Below the pieces are notes generated by a model. The model was not told where the DNA came from and did no database searches. It saw nothing but the letters and a program-made list of their open reading frames with translations. From positions 29,762,001-29,826,000 of the forward strand of contig CM059432.1 of assembly GCA_030390025.1 (NCBI GenBank): a DNA stretch of 64,000 bases. Direction: 5' to 3'. The DNA comes from Squalus acanthias (taxonomy: Eukaryota). Position numbers and translations under genes: made by a program. Below, piece after piece: positions 23,620 through 36,655 of the stretch. Within the stretch, counting starts at the first letter, position 1; each line of letters begins with the position of its first letter.

Positions 23620-26600
23620 ACAATGACAATTTGCATTTATATTGTGCTTTTAGTCCTTCAGAGGCATAATAAATATAATTGATGCTGAGCCAAAGGAGAT
23701 ATTAGGAAGGATCACCAAAAGCTTGGTTAAAGACATGGATTTAAAAGAGAAGAGGGAGGTGATGAGGTAAATGGATTTAAGGAGGGAATTCCAGAGCATG
23801 GGATCTACATGGCTGAAGTTAAGTCCTTGGTGGGATGAAAAGGAGGTGGGCGGTTATGTTAACTGGAAGAAATTTCAATTCATTCATGACTGGATGTCAG
23901 GCAAGCATTTAACAGCACAGATGCAGTGGAGGGATTAATAGTGGCAAGGTAGAGAGGTGCATCACAAGCATACATCTGAAACCCCATGTCTGCTTATGAC
24001 ATCACTAAGTGGCAACACATAGATGAAGACCAGGAGGGGGCCAAGGATAGATCCTTGGAGGATGCTCAAGGTGACAATGCAAGGGCTCAGGGTAATCCAT
24101 TGCTAGAGATGTTCTGGCTAGATCAGTTGCTAAGAATGAAACCAATTGAGGACAGTCCTACTGAGCTGGACAACGGAGGAGAGGTGTTGGAATTTGAAGG
24201 TGTGGTCAACCATGTCAGAGTCTGCAGAGAGACTGAGAAGGTCAAGGAGGAATTATGCACCACAGTCAAAGTCAGAGAGAATGTTATTTGTGACTTTGGT
24301 TAGGGCTGTTTCACTGGGAGAGTCAGAAACTCAGAGGATTCAAAAGAGAAAGTGATGGGCCACTGTCAATCAATCAATCAATCCCACTGTTAGCAAAGTT
24401 TCTAGACAGGTTTCTGCTACACTCGCTGGAACTAAGTCCACAGCAGAGTCCAGTTGACATGAGGCGCCGTGCAGCTGTTGCACAGAGTTCTCGGTTAAAA
24501 TAACAAATCCAAAACACAACACAGAGGCATTTCAGTTAAAAAGGAATAAAGTGTATCCAGTGATAGAGTAGTGATGCTTCGGTTTGTATTAAACCAGTTT
24601 AAAAAAACGAAGTTAAATCCAGTTCCTTAAACCTCGCCTAAACTGCACTGGTTGCAGCTGCGGGGCTTCTCCGGCCAAAATCTCCTGTTTAAAAAAAGAC
24701 AAGTCCACCTTTTATTTTTACACATAGTCCATAATTTAGAGGTTACACAAATATTGCTGCTACATTACCAGTAAGCAAGGAATAATAAATATGAGAGAGA
24801 TGGGCACAGCTTTAGGAGTCAACAACATGTTCAAGGACTATAGAGAAGGGAGGTTGGAAATGGTTGGTAATTTGCAAGGAGAGAGGAATCATAAGTGGTT
24901 TTTTTTTTAGGAGGGCTGATGATGGCAGTTTTCAAAGGAAGTGGACAATATATTAGCAGAGGGAACTATTTATAATGTCAGCTAGCATGGGGGCCAAGAA
25001 GGGAAACTAGGTTGTCAGTGGGAATGGAGTGAAGTGAGCAGGAGGTAGGTCTCATGGATGAAATGAACTACGAGAGGGCATGGGGAAAGATGAGAGAGAA
25101 ACTGGAGAGAGAAGCATAGAAGATAGGAGCAGAGTAGGCCATTCGGCCCCTCGAGCCTGCTCCGCCATTCGATGAGATCATGGCTGATCATCCAAACTCA
25201 GTACCCTGTCCCTGCCTTCTCCCCATATCCCTTGATCCCTTTAGCTTTAAGAAATATATCTAACTCATTCTTGAATATATTTAATGACTTGGCCTCAACT
25301 ACCTTCTGTGGTAGAGAATTCCACAGGTTCACCACTCTCTGGGTGAAGAAATTCCTCCTCATTTCTGTCCTAAATGGCTTACCCCTTATCCTTAGATTAT
25401 GACCCCTGTTTCTGGACTCTCCGACCATCGGGAACATTCTTCCTGCATCTAGTTTGTCCAGACCTGTCAGAATTTTATATGTTTCGATGAGATATCCTCT
25501 CATTCTTCTATACTCCAGCGAGTATAAGCCCAATCGACCCAATCTCTCCTCATATGTCATTCCTGCCATCCCAGTTATCAGCCTTGTGAATCTTCGCTGA
25601 ACTCCTTCCATGGCAAGAACATCCTTCCTCAGATAAGGCAACCAAAACTGCACACAGTACTCAAGGTGTGGTCTCGCCAAGGCCCTGTACAACTGCAGCA
25701 GGACATCCCTGTTCCTATACTCAAACCCTTTCGCTATGAAGGCCAACATACCATTTGCCTTCTTCACCGCCTGCTGCACCTGCATGCTTACCTTCAGCGA
25801 CTGGTGCACAAGGACACCCAGGTCTCGTTGCACTTCCCCTTCTCCCAATCTATTGCCATTCAGATAATAGTCTGCCTTTCTGTTTTTGACACCAAAGTGG
25901 ATAACCTCGCATTTATCCACGTTATATTGCATCTGCCACGCTTCTGCCCACTCACCCAACCTGTCCAAATCATCCTGGAATTTCTCAGTATCCTCCTCGG
26001 AGCACACACGCCCACCCAGCTTTGTGTCATCTGCAAACTTGGAGATATTACATTTAGTTCCCTTATTCAGATCATTAATGTATATTGTGAATAGCTGGGG
26101 TCCAAGGACCGAACCCTGCGGTACCCCACTAGTCACTGCCTGCCACTCGGAAAAAGACCCATTAATTCCTACTCTCTGCTTTCTGTCCGCCAACCAGTTC
26201 TCTATCCAAGTCAATACCTTGCCCCCAATCCCATGTGCCTTAACTTTACACGCTAATCTCTTATGCGGGACCTTATCGAAAGCCTTTTGAAAGTCCAAAT
26301 ACACCACATCTACTGGTTCTCCCTTATCTATTTTCCCAGTTACATCCTCAAAAAATTCCAGTAGATTAGTCAAGCACGATTTACCTTTTGTAAATCCATG
26401 TTGACTTTGTCTGATCCTGTCACTGTTTTTCAAGTGCTCTGCTATTACATCCTTTATAATGGAGATTGTGGTGCAGGGCTAGGGCGAGGCCAGGTGCAGG
26501 CCTGTGGGGGCGGGGGGGAGGTTTGGCTGGGTGGGCAAGTGGAAGGGGGGAACAGTAGAGGCAGCTGAACGGATGGTCTCCAACTTGATGACAAAGCAGT

Positions 26601-26760
26601 CCATGCACTCCTTGCACTTGTTTTTCTCCAGAATGATCCTAAAGTGGTGGATGATTTTGAAATCGGAGAGTCAGGCCCAGTAAAGCTTGATGTGGCTCAG
26701 CTAAATCTGGTAATGGATGGCTAAGCCCGTTGTGTGACAGAAACGCTTAAGTCAGCACAA
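23620..26760 (-). mobile_element. Old fragmented L2 LINE hosting later insertions
   Basis: L2-like pieces at ~23620-24360, 24799-25110 and 26460-26760 are colinear around the inserts. Confidence 0.6.
25114..26460 (-). mobile_element. Young 5'-truncated CR1 with an intact 411-aa RT/C-terminal ORF (25198-26433)
   Basis: [38 protein letters not shown] and KFADDTK motifs, with no stops. Confidence 0.95.
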
Positions 26761-27481
26761 CTAAACAAACGATCTGGTTATTTGTCTCATTTGCTGTTTG
26801 TGGGGCCTTGCTGTGTACAAATTGGCACTTGCATTTGCCTCCAAAATAGCAGTGACTACACTTCAAAAGTAATTAGTTTGCTGTGAAGCACTCTGTGGCA
26901 TCCTGAGGGTGTGAAAGGCACTATAGAAATCCAAGTTCTTTCTTCTTTCTTTCACTATATCCTCATGATGGATCCCACAGCTGAGGAAGTTATACAGACA
27001 CCCTGTAAAAATTGGTAAAACTACACATCTCTGTAATTGTGAAAAGTCACAGCTATGCACTGTGAAGCAACAAGGATTGTAAATCAATGAGTTAGGAAGA
27101 GAGTTAACCAAGATAAATAAGTAGTTGAGAAAAAAAAAGTCTAAAGTGATAGGGTGTTAATTATTTTAGCCTGCTTTTTTTGCTCGTGCAATTTTCTCCC
27201 TTTCTTTCCTGAAGGTGCTGAATCATGCAATGGTATGACTACAAAGTCACTGGGTGACCTCTGGTACCTCACCCAAATGGTAATTCTTCAAGTGTGAGCT
27301 TAAGCAGTGAGTCGGCACAACTGTGGAGGACATCACAACTAGCCAGATCCTATCCTCCTCTAATGTTCACACATGCAAAGTTTTCAGTGAGGAGTGGTCA
27401 TGGGATAGTGATCAGGATTAAGGAATGTGACTGAGTTTAATTCTCCTTAGCTCAGGATTACTAAAGTCAACTATAGAGCAG

Positions 27482-28211
27482 TGGGGATGTATGTAGCCCA
27501 GGGGGCGCTTACAGGGCGCAAATGGCTTTGTGACAGGGCGCGGCGCTAACATCAACTACCACCATATTCGGCGGGAGTTTTGCGGCGGAGCTAAGGCATT
27601 GCGCCCTGATCTCCTTTGCCCGGAGATCATGGCGTCATCGCCGTGCGCATCACCCCGGTAGCGCCCCGGACCCGAAACTGACTTCCGCCCCCTGCAGCAG
27701 CGCCGGTCGAAAACACCGACAGCTGCAGGAGACGTGCATCAGGCAGCTGGCCGCTTCGGGGGCGATGATTGTGCATGATGATTAAAGACGAGGTGGCCGA
27801 GGTAAGTGGGAAAAAAAACTTACCTTCCCTGTTCTAGAGTTTTTCGCGGGTTCCTGTCCGCGATCGATCAGCCCGGCACTCTGCTTGAGTGCTGGGCTGA
27901 TCGTGCGGGATCGCGGCTGCCTTGGTGGTCCAGGTAGGTACTTTTTCTATTGCAGAGCCTGCAGCGATGGCCCTTCCCTTTAAGGGAGGGAAGGAGCCTT
28001 TGAACGGGGCAGCGCTGCACGGCCCAGTGTGCAGCACTGCTGAAGTCTCCGCCCCACACTCTGACATTAGCGCCCTAAGAAGGAAGCGGTGCACTTGATT
28101 TAGCGCTCCACTTCCCTCTTGAGGCGCTAAATCTCAATTTTGCGGCCGCCGGCGCTAATTAGCGCCCAAGCGATGTTCGCGCCCCAAAATGGTCGATACC
28201 GAATTTTTCCC
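27482..28211. mobile_element. GC/CpG-rich non-autonomous DNA element (probably Harbinger-type)
   Basis: Abrupt CpG-rich block with repeated ggcgct/agcgcc motifs, ending gaatttttccc. The left terminus is degenerate. Confidence 0.45.
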
Positions 28212-30172
28212 TCATGAGCAGAGTAGGAATATTGGAATAAGAAATGATAGGAAGCAAAAGTCACAACACAGAGGAAGAAACCGTGGAAGGCAATAAAACT
28301 GTAGGCAAGGTGACAACTAATAGAGGATACAGTGAATGGATACAGTGTAAAGAGGGATGATAGTACTAAAGGAATGCAGTTGAAGATCTCAAAGTTTATG
28401 CTAATAGGGAGGGGTTGGTTATGCCAATATGGTTAAATAATGATACAGAGTGGGAGGGGAGTAAATTTACAGGGATGTAGATTAATCAACAGGGAAATAA
28501 GGAATAAATCAGGAGAAACTTGGCTCTTTCTGTTAAAGAGAGTAATGGGGTTAGACCAATCAGAATCTGGTACAGAGTGTTGCAGATCACATTAAATAAC
28601 ATCAAGTGGAAGAAACCAACCATTGGAACTTGTTATAGGGCATGTCAAGTAGAGACGTTGTACTCAAATAAAGTGAGTATACAGGGGCAAACTAAATTAT
28701 ATTTTGAGACTTTAACTTCCCACGGATAAACTGGGGGGATTATAATGGCAGGAATAGGAAAGAAAACATTTTTATAAATATAATAATGAATTTGCAGGGC
28801 TGTGGGGAAAGTGCAGGCGATGGGAATAATGGGAGAGCTCTTTCAAAGAGCTGGGCCAAGCATGATGGGCCAAACGGCCTTTTTCTGTGCTCTAAGTTTC
28901 GATGGGCTAAAAATTCGTGGCCGCCATGAGAGTTGCCGGTGTCACCGCGGCCTTGAGTTAACGGCCGCTAAAAATGGACAAAGCGCTACAAGAGAAAAAT
29001 TAGTGCTGGGGTCTAAAGATTTTTAGCCCAGTGCTAACTTAGCATGTTACACCCTCCTGGTGGTGTTAGTGCAGGCATAGGAGTCGGAGTTGCTGTCCAG
29101 AAGCGGCGTTCCAGCTTCCAACAGCCTCTGGAAGCGAGGCAATAGAGTTTGCTAGGCATTGTGGGAAATCAAAAGGGCAATGCATTAAAAGGGCAATGCC
29201 TTCTGAACTGATAAAAATTAAAATGAAGTGAAAAAATGCAGTTTCAGCCCTTACTGCCTTTTGTTTTAAAAATTAACATTATAAAGAAGTCCCAAATGGG
29301 AGTCTTCAGCTCTTAAAGCTGAATTCCCTTCCGAACTCAAAAAATGGGAAAAGTGCTACATCACTAACACAAATGGCTCAGCAAGCCAGGGAAGGTGCAA
29401 TCAGGTCTCGCACGCAGCACTCCAGCTTTGTGCAGGGGGGCAACACTGCAAGAGAGGTTCTCTACTCACAGGGGTCAGGAGGCCCTCCAGAAAGAATGAT
29501 GTGGGACCATATCACTGAGGCCGTCACTGCCAGCAGTGTCACCCCCACCACCTGGCTCCAGTGCCCAAAGAAGCTTCATGACCTCAGACCACTGGTCAAG
29601 GTCAGTGAATGCATCTTCAAAAGCCGTCTCCTACCAACTGCATCACTAGTCTCACACACTGCTCAATGCACGACCCTCACCCCACAATCACTCACCTACC
29701 AACAATCTGCACCAAACACGAGGCACACCTCCCATCCCTAGCTTCACCTCACCCCCTTGGAGGAGACGGTGCTGACCATTCTTGGCAGGGGCTATGGTTG
29801 AGCCCTTGGCCAGCGGCAGGGCTGAAAAGGTACAAGATGCTGGTATCCTCATACGTTATCCTCCTTCTGACATGCACCTCTTGCTTTCCCACCCTCCCCT
29901 CGCCACAGCTCCACCCTTGTGCCTTCCTCATTTCACACACCCAAGAAATGTAGCCTGCCCAGCCAGTGGGTGCCCAAGAAGAGGGAGAGGAGGGTGAAGA
30001 AGAAGAAACACCATCACCCGATTTGACACTCTCAGCCACAAGCTCCGCAAGGGTGACCAGCAGAGCCATCTGCAGTGTCCCCCACTGAACCTCAGCAGCC
30101 TTCCACCAGCCATGCTGCAGCCACTGGGGTAGCACTGCATGACATCAGTAGGGTAGGCAAAGGCACACATAA

Positions 30173-30529
30173 GACAAAAATGAGAAGTCGCACAACACCA
30201 GGTTATAGTCCAACAGATTTATTTAATTTTACAAGCTTTCGGAGCAGTTCGTTCCTTCGTCAGGTAAGTTTAGCAGTGAGAGAATCTCCCAGAATTCACA
30301 ATTTAGACACAGACAAAATATATTCAAATTCAAAAAAGATTTGAATATATTTTGTCTGTGTCTAAATTGTGAATTCTGGGAGATTCTCTCACTGCTAAAC
30401 TTACCTGACGAAGGAGCGAACTGCTCCGAAAGCTTGTAAAATTAAATAAATCTGTTGGACTATAACCTGGTGTTGTACGACTTCTCATTTTTGTCCACCC
30501 CAGTCCAACGCCGGCATCTTCACATCATG
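30173..30529. mobile_element. PLE family B fold-back insertion
   Basis: 157-bp arms 30173-30329 and 30339-30495 (about 2 mismatches), a 9-nt loop, a one-sided tail 30496-30529, and a 12-bp direct repeat acacataagaca at 30165-30176 and 30530-30541. Confidence 0.9.
30401..30439 (+). ncRNA. Minimal type I hammerhead ribozyme motif, family B
   Basis: UUAC-CUGACGA-A-GGAGC(GAACU)GCUCC-GAA-AGCU-U-GUAA, predicted cleavage after 30435. The mirror copy at 30229-30267 (-) has one stem II mismatch. Confidence 0.75.
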
Positions 30530-31603
30530 ACACATAAGACAGTCACTAAGAGAATGCATAAGGGTGGTGAGTTGATTTCTTGATGTCATATTGGATGGAT
30601 AGATGTATAAAGTTGGATTGGAAAGTGTGCTTTGTGGTGGCTTTTATTTCAGCATGGTGGCCAAGAGGATGCTGTGATGGTCTGTAACAGAGGGAAGGTG
30701 AGGTGTGGGATAAATGTTGAAAGGGGAATTGGGGTTGTGGTCAGTGGGACCGCAGGTACCACCCTGGATATCCCGGCCAGAAAGGGGCAGTCTGTGTTGC
30801 CTCCTTCCTTCTGCTTCATCCTCTTCTGCTTCCTCCTCCTGTTTCCTCCTCTTCAGCTTCTTCCTCTTCTGCATCTTCTTCTTCCCTCTGCAACCAGATG
30901 CTGTAATTCTGAAAAGACAGTATAAAATTCTGGAAATACCAAGCAGGTCCGGCAGCATCTTGAACTGAGACATGAACTCTGTTTTTCTCTCCACGGATGG
31001 TGCCTGGCCTGCTGAGTATTTCCAACATTTTCTGTCTTCTCAGAGGCCTTCCTTTACCATCCGAGGCCTTGCACGCGATCAGCAGCACTCCCTACACATA
31101 TAAAAAACTTTTAACATGTATTGCAGCAAGCCACTACTTCAATAAAATGTTTAATTTTTACCAATTTAAGTTGGTTCTTAGCAAGGATTTGAAAAAAGTT
31201 CCTTCATAAACCTATACAAATTGCATTCCCCGCATTTGTGGCCATTTACCTTTAAGTGGCCACATTCCCTTTAAAATTCCCTCCAAACAATGTCAGCAGC
31301 CCCATTGCCTCCCACCGCACCGCACCCTCCCCTCCCTAGTGTGATGGCAAGTTCCCAGCACATAGCCCAATATGAGCCAGGAGCTTACCTACATAAATAA
31401 ACAAGTTCATCTGTCACGGGAAATCCCAAAAAGTCAGCCTGCAATTAAAGCAATGGATGTAATGCGGAAACTGGGAAATCTATGCTTATAGCCTGATGTA
31501 CACCACAAAGAAAGACCTGAAAAGGCCTACTGGAAGAAGTATTCGCTGGTCTGTTTGATTTACATGAAGAAAATCTAAAGCTTGAAAGGTAAGTTAATCC
31601 TTT

Positions 31604-32136
31604 CATAGAAGAAGGCCATTTGGCCCATCGTGCCTGTGCCGGCTCTTTGAAAGAGCTATCAAATTAGTCCCACTCCTCCACTATTTCCCCATAGCCCTGC
31701 AAACTTGACCTTTTCAGGTATATATCCAATTCCCTTTTGAACGTTACTATTGAATCTGCTTTCACCATCCTCTCAGGCTGTGCATTCCAGTTGATAACAA
31801 CTTGCTGCGTTAAAAAAAAAATCTCCTCGTCTCCCCCCGGTTCTTTTGCCAATTATCTTAAATTTGTGTCCTCTGGTTACCGACCCACCCGCCAGTGGAA
31901 ACAGTTTCTCCTTATTTAATCTATCAAAACCCCTCATATATTTGAACACCTCCATTAAATCTCCCCTTAACCTTCTCTGCTATACTTAGAACAATCCTAG
32001 CTTCACATTTCTCTCCACATAACTGAAGTCTTTCATCCCTGGTATCATTCCAGTAAATCTCCTCTGCACACTTTCCAAGGCCTTGACATCTTTCCTAAAG
32101 TGTGGTAACCAGAATGGGACGCAATACTCCAGCTGA
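31604..32136 (-). mobile_element. CR1 3' fragment
   Basis: QLEYCVPFWLPHFRKDVKALESVQRRFT; TRGHKFKI. Confidence 0.85.
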
Positions 32137-32896
32137 GGTATATAAGAGAGTAAATGGTATGGAAAAGGTAAATCCAGAATATTAGTTTGTGGACTATTTC
32201 TGGGATCCTTTATATACATTTATCATGCTGTATAATAATAATCAATATCTTTACTGTTGTAAATTATTTATTCGTAAATTCGATTTGCTTTTTTAATCTG
32301 TGTTATATTTTCTATCTTTCAAAATACTGAGCGTGTGGTGGAAATCTTACGTAAATTCCAGTAAGCAATTTCTACTGCAGTCTGGGTTATGTGTCTTGGA
32401 ACATTTTTCAGTGTTAAAGGCACTATATAAATGCAAGCTGTTAATTCCTTGACCTGGGTTACCTTAGTTCTTCAAGGCAGAGAGCAAATAAAGTCTCAAA
32501 TTTCAAATCATAAGGGATATATTCCTCTTATGGAAACACTCATCACAGTGATTCAGCTAGAAAACGATGTTGCAAATAGTTACAAGGAACATCACGAAAT
32601 AACAGTTAGGTGATGACAAGCTTTAAAAGCCTGTAGATAGAAAGTGACAGGACAGACCTGGAGAGTTCCACAGTTCTGAGGCCCTGAGAAAGATTGTTGT
32701 GGATTCAAGTTTGTCCTTTTTAATTTGATTAAAAATATCGAACTGCGAAATGCAGGGTTATTTTTGACCGTGCGCTGATGCCTGTAATTGTTAAGTTAAA
32801 TGCAATTTTTTGCACTTTAACAGCTCTGCAGTATTAGCCACACATGTGAACAAAAGTCAAGGGTTTCATCCACAGGTATTAATGGCTTGAATCAAA

Positions 32897-33575
32897 GGAG
32901 GGAATTTTAACCCCTCAGGATGGGCAGGAGAGGGGCGGAGGAGTTAAAATTTCAAAAATTGGAAACCTGACCCCAAACCACCTCCAACCCGCCCTCTTCC
33001 AGTTTTAATGGAGGCAGATTGGGGGGTGGGCAGCTAACCTGCTCTCCAGAGGTGGGTCCGTCATTTAAATATGCTAATGAGGCTGCACGCCTCAAATTTT
33101 TACAGACTTTCAGGTTTAACTGCTGCGGGTCGGGTTTCCCAGGGCTCAGGAAACCCGGCAGCTGAAGGGAAGCAAGAAGGGCTAGATTCATTAAGGTAAA
33201 TGCCTTTACAGCACAGCTTTTGGGCCAGGAGGAGCAGGAGTGTTCCCCCCCCATCACCTCACGGCCCACCAAGATAATCTGTCTGCTTCCCTCCCCACAA
33301 TCCGCCAACCCCCACGGTGGCCCCACGGCCTCCGAGCTCTCCTCCGACCCCCACGATACCCACCTCCCCCCCCCCCCCGCCCCCCTCTCCATGCCTTCCT
33401 CTCTGCTCCCCAGCTACAACCTACCAGTGCAGGCCATTCCGCCGAAAGCCTGCCAGCCTTTCAATCTGGCTGGCTGCCAGCCGGGAAACAGAGAAAAAAA
33501 TTTAAATGAGGTCCTGCCGTTAAATTCGGCAGGACCTCCGGGTTATCCGCATTTCTGGGTTTCCTAGCCAATACG
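32897..33575. mobile_element. Non-autonomous DNA element remnant (aattttaac-type termini)
   Basis: Starts gggaattttaacccc...gagttaaaatt. Related pieces lie at ~35277-35535 and ~37795-38030. Confidence 0.45.
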
Positions 33576-33651
33576 ATTCTCCTCGGCTCTTTCTTCATTC
33601 TTTTATTGATCATCTTTAACCTGTGCCTTTGTTATCAACACATTGACTAGT

Positions 33652-34241
33652 AGACTCGGTTAATTCCGGGGATGAGGGGGTGGACATACGAGGAGAGGTT
33701 GAGTAGATTGGGACTCTACTCATTGGAGTTCAGAAGAATGAGAGGCGATCTTATTGAAACATATAAGATTGTGAAAGGGCTTGATCGGGTGGACGCGGTG
33801 AGGATGTTCCCAATGATGGGTGAAACTAGAACTAGGGGACATAATCTTAGAATAAGGGGCTCCTCTTTCAAAACTGAGATGAGGAGAAACTTTTTCACTC
33901 AGAGGGTAGTGGGTCTGTGGAATTTGCTACCCCAGGAAGCTGTGGAAGCTACTTCATTAAATAAATTTAAAACAGAAATAGACCATTTCCTAGAAGTAAA
34001 GGGAATCAGGGGTTACGGGGAGCGGGCTGGAAATTGGACATGAGTTTGAGTTCGGATCGGTCAAGGCCCTGTGGGTGGCGGAGCGGGCCCAGGGGCCGAG
34101 TGGCCTGGTCCTGCTCCTACTTCTTGTGTTCTTTAGAGTTGAGGTTGGATCAGATCAGCCATGATCTCATTGAATGGCGGAGCAGGCTCGAGGGGCCGAT
34201 TGGTCTACTCCTGCTCCTATTTCTTATGTTCTTATGTTCTT
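33652..34241 (+). mobile_element. CR1 3' fragment with tandemly doubled tail
   Basis: ORF 33672-34043 reads YEERLSRLGLYSLEFRRMRGDLIETYKI. Two successive 3' terminal units follow, ending in (ttcttatg)n. Confidence 0.9.
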
Positions 34242-34314
34242 AAATAGTTTTGCCCTCTTTACCTTATTAAAGCCCTTCATAATTTGGGACACCTCTATCA
34301 GATCTGCTCTTGTC

Positions 34315-34755
34315 AGCTATGTCTCAGTGGTAGCACCCTCACCTCCGAGTCAGAAAGTTGTGGATTTAATTCCCACTCCAGTGACTTGAGCACAAAATCT
34401 AGGTTGACACTCAAGTGCAGTACTGAGGGAGTGCTGCACTATCGGAGGCACTGTCTTTCGGATCTAATGTTAAACCGAGGCCACGTCTGCCTTCTCAGTT
34501 GGATTTAAAATTGCATTTTTCAAAGCAGACCAGGGGAGTTCTCCCCGATGTCCTGGCCAATATTTATCCCTCAGCCAACATCACTAAAAATATATTATCT
34601 ACTTATCATCAGATTGCAGTTTGTGGGACCTTGCTGTGCACAAATTGGCTGCCGCATTTCCTACATTACAACAGTGACTACACTTCATTGGCCGTAAAGC
34701 GCTTGGGAATCCTGAGGTCACGAAAGATGCTATATAAATGCAAGTCTTTCTTTCT
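34315..34755 (+). mobile_element. Deu-domain SINE, full length
   Basis: tRNA-like head, core and L2-like tail all present. Confidence 0.85.
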
Positions 34756-34914
34756 TAACCTTCTCTGTTCGAGTGAAAAGAACCCAAGTTTTTTTAAGTC
34801 TTTCCTTATTACTAAAGCTTCACAACCGTGGTATCATCCTATTAAATCTGTTCTCTACCCTCTCCATAGCTTTGACATCCTCGCTAGGGCAGGGCACCAA
34901 AAACTGGACACAAT

Positions 34915-35057
34915 GGGGGTGAAATTCGTCTTGGGCAGTATCGCAAAGTGGGCGATAGCGAATTGGCAGCCTGTTTTACACCCAGCACGATTTTCTTTGG
35001 GCAGAGTGTAAAATAGGCTGCCAGTTTGCTCTACCACCCAAGATGAATTTCATAACC
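34915..35057. mobile_element. Palindromic MITE nested in an old CR1 fragment
   Basis: Same termini as 23041-23209. The flanks aaactggacacaat and attttaattttggc continue the CR1 minus-strand sequence. Confidence 0.7.
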
Positions 35058-35624
35058 TCATATTTTAATTTTGGCTGAAGCAAGTATTTGAATAGATTTA
35101 GCATCACCTCTTTGCTTTTGAACTCTTCCTGCCACCTTTTTTAAAAAAACGGCTGTGTCACTTTGTCCTGCCACTTTTAAAGATTTTCATATTTTTAAGA
35201 ACATTTGAATCTGGCACCAAATATGGTTACAATATGAACTTTTTATTGTGTAATCACGTCTTTGACCCACTCAATTGCCCTAGTTTTAACTCCAGGTGGA
35301 TTCCCGCTCAGGCCTGAGTTAAAATGACAGTCGGGTCTCAAGGATGTCATTGGGCCGCAACATGCATATGTAAAGAAGGACCAAGTTGGCTCCGGGCGCG
35401 TGTCCTTGCTGCCTGCTCAGGAGAACAGGTTAAAATTGCAGATGTTGCAATCATGGCAGCTTTCGGACAGGTAAGAGCCAGGGCAATTTTAGTTGCCCAG
35501 GTTTCTGCTAAGCGAGTAGGATTAAAATTACCTCGTCTCTAAGCAGTAGTTATAAAGAGAAATAAATACAATTACCCCATTTTTCCTCTGAGTAGAGACG
35601 TAACCTTCATCAAACCTTTCATTC

Positions 35625-36655
35625 TAGAAACATAGAAAAATCGGAGCAGGAGTGGGCCATTCGGCCCTTCGAGCCTGCTCCACCATTCAATATGATCATG
35701 GCTGATCCTCTATCTCAATACCATATTCCCGCTCTCTCCCCATTGATGCCTTTTGTGTCTAGAAATCTATCTATCTCCTTCTTAAATATATTCAGTAACT
35801 TGGCCTCCACAGCCTTCTGTGGTAGAGAATTCCATAGGTTCACCACCCTCTGAGTGAAGAAATTTCTCCTCATCTCAGTCCTAAATGTCCTACCCCGTAT
35901 CCTGAGACTGTGACCCCTCATTCTAGACCCCCCAGCCAGGGGAAACATCCTCCCTGCATCCAGTCTGTCTAGCCCCGTCAGAATTTTATACGTTTCATAG
36001 AGATCCCTTCTAATTCTTCTAAACTCTAGTGAATACAGGCCTAGTCGACCCAATCTCTCCTCATACGACAGTCCTGCCATCCCAGGAATCAGTCTGGTGA
36101 ACCTTCGCTGCACTCCCTCTATGGCAAGTATATCCTTTCTTAGGTAAGGAGATCAAAACTGCACACAGTATTCCATGTATGGTCTCACCAAGGCCCTGTA
36201 CAACTGTAGTAAGACATCCTTGCTCCTGTACTCAAATCCTCTTGCAATGAAGGCCAACATACCATTTGCCTTCCTAACTGCTTGCTGCACCTGCATGTTT
36301 GCTTTCAGTGACTGGTGTACAAGGACACCCAGGTCCCTTTGTACATCAGCATTTTCCAATCTATCACCATTTAAATAATACTCTACCTTTCTGTTTTTCC
36401 TACCGAAGTGGATAACTTCACACTTATCCACATTATACTGCATCTGCCGTGTATTTGCCCACTCAACTTGTCTAAATCGCCTTGAAGCCTCTTTGCACCC
36501 TCTTCACAACTCACAATCCCACCTCGTTTTGTGTCGTCAGCAAACTTGGAAATATTACATTTGGTTCCCTCATCCAAATCATTGATATATATTGTGAATA
36601 GCTGGGGCCCAAGCACTGATCCCTGCGGTACCCCACTAGTCACCGCCTGCCACCC
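35625..36655 (-). mobile_element. CR1 RT/3' fragment
   Basis: ORFs 36383-36643, 36153-36443 and 35715-36113 carry CR1 RT motifs. Confidence 0.92.

Larger units (their letters stand above)
28904..31486. mobile_element. Internally deleted Harbinger-like element (Myb/SANT remnant on +, transposase-like remnants on -)
   Basis: ORF 29373-29741 reads REVLY...WDHITEAVTASSVTPTTWLQCPKKLHDL (Myb/SANT-like). An acidic tract on the minus strand at 30800-30890 resembles a transposase C-terminus. Ends are approximate. Confidence 0.55.

Noticed and set aside
25198..26433. 411-aa open ORF as a possible host gene
   Set aside because: It is the RT of a 5'-truncated CR1 copy, with many homologues in the window.
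30914..31039. Degenerate inverted pair of family A PLE ends
   Set aside because: The ribozyme core is deleted and the arms are too diverged to define a TSD; noted only as weak support for the fold-back pattern.
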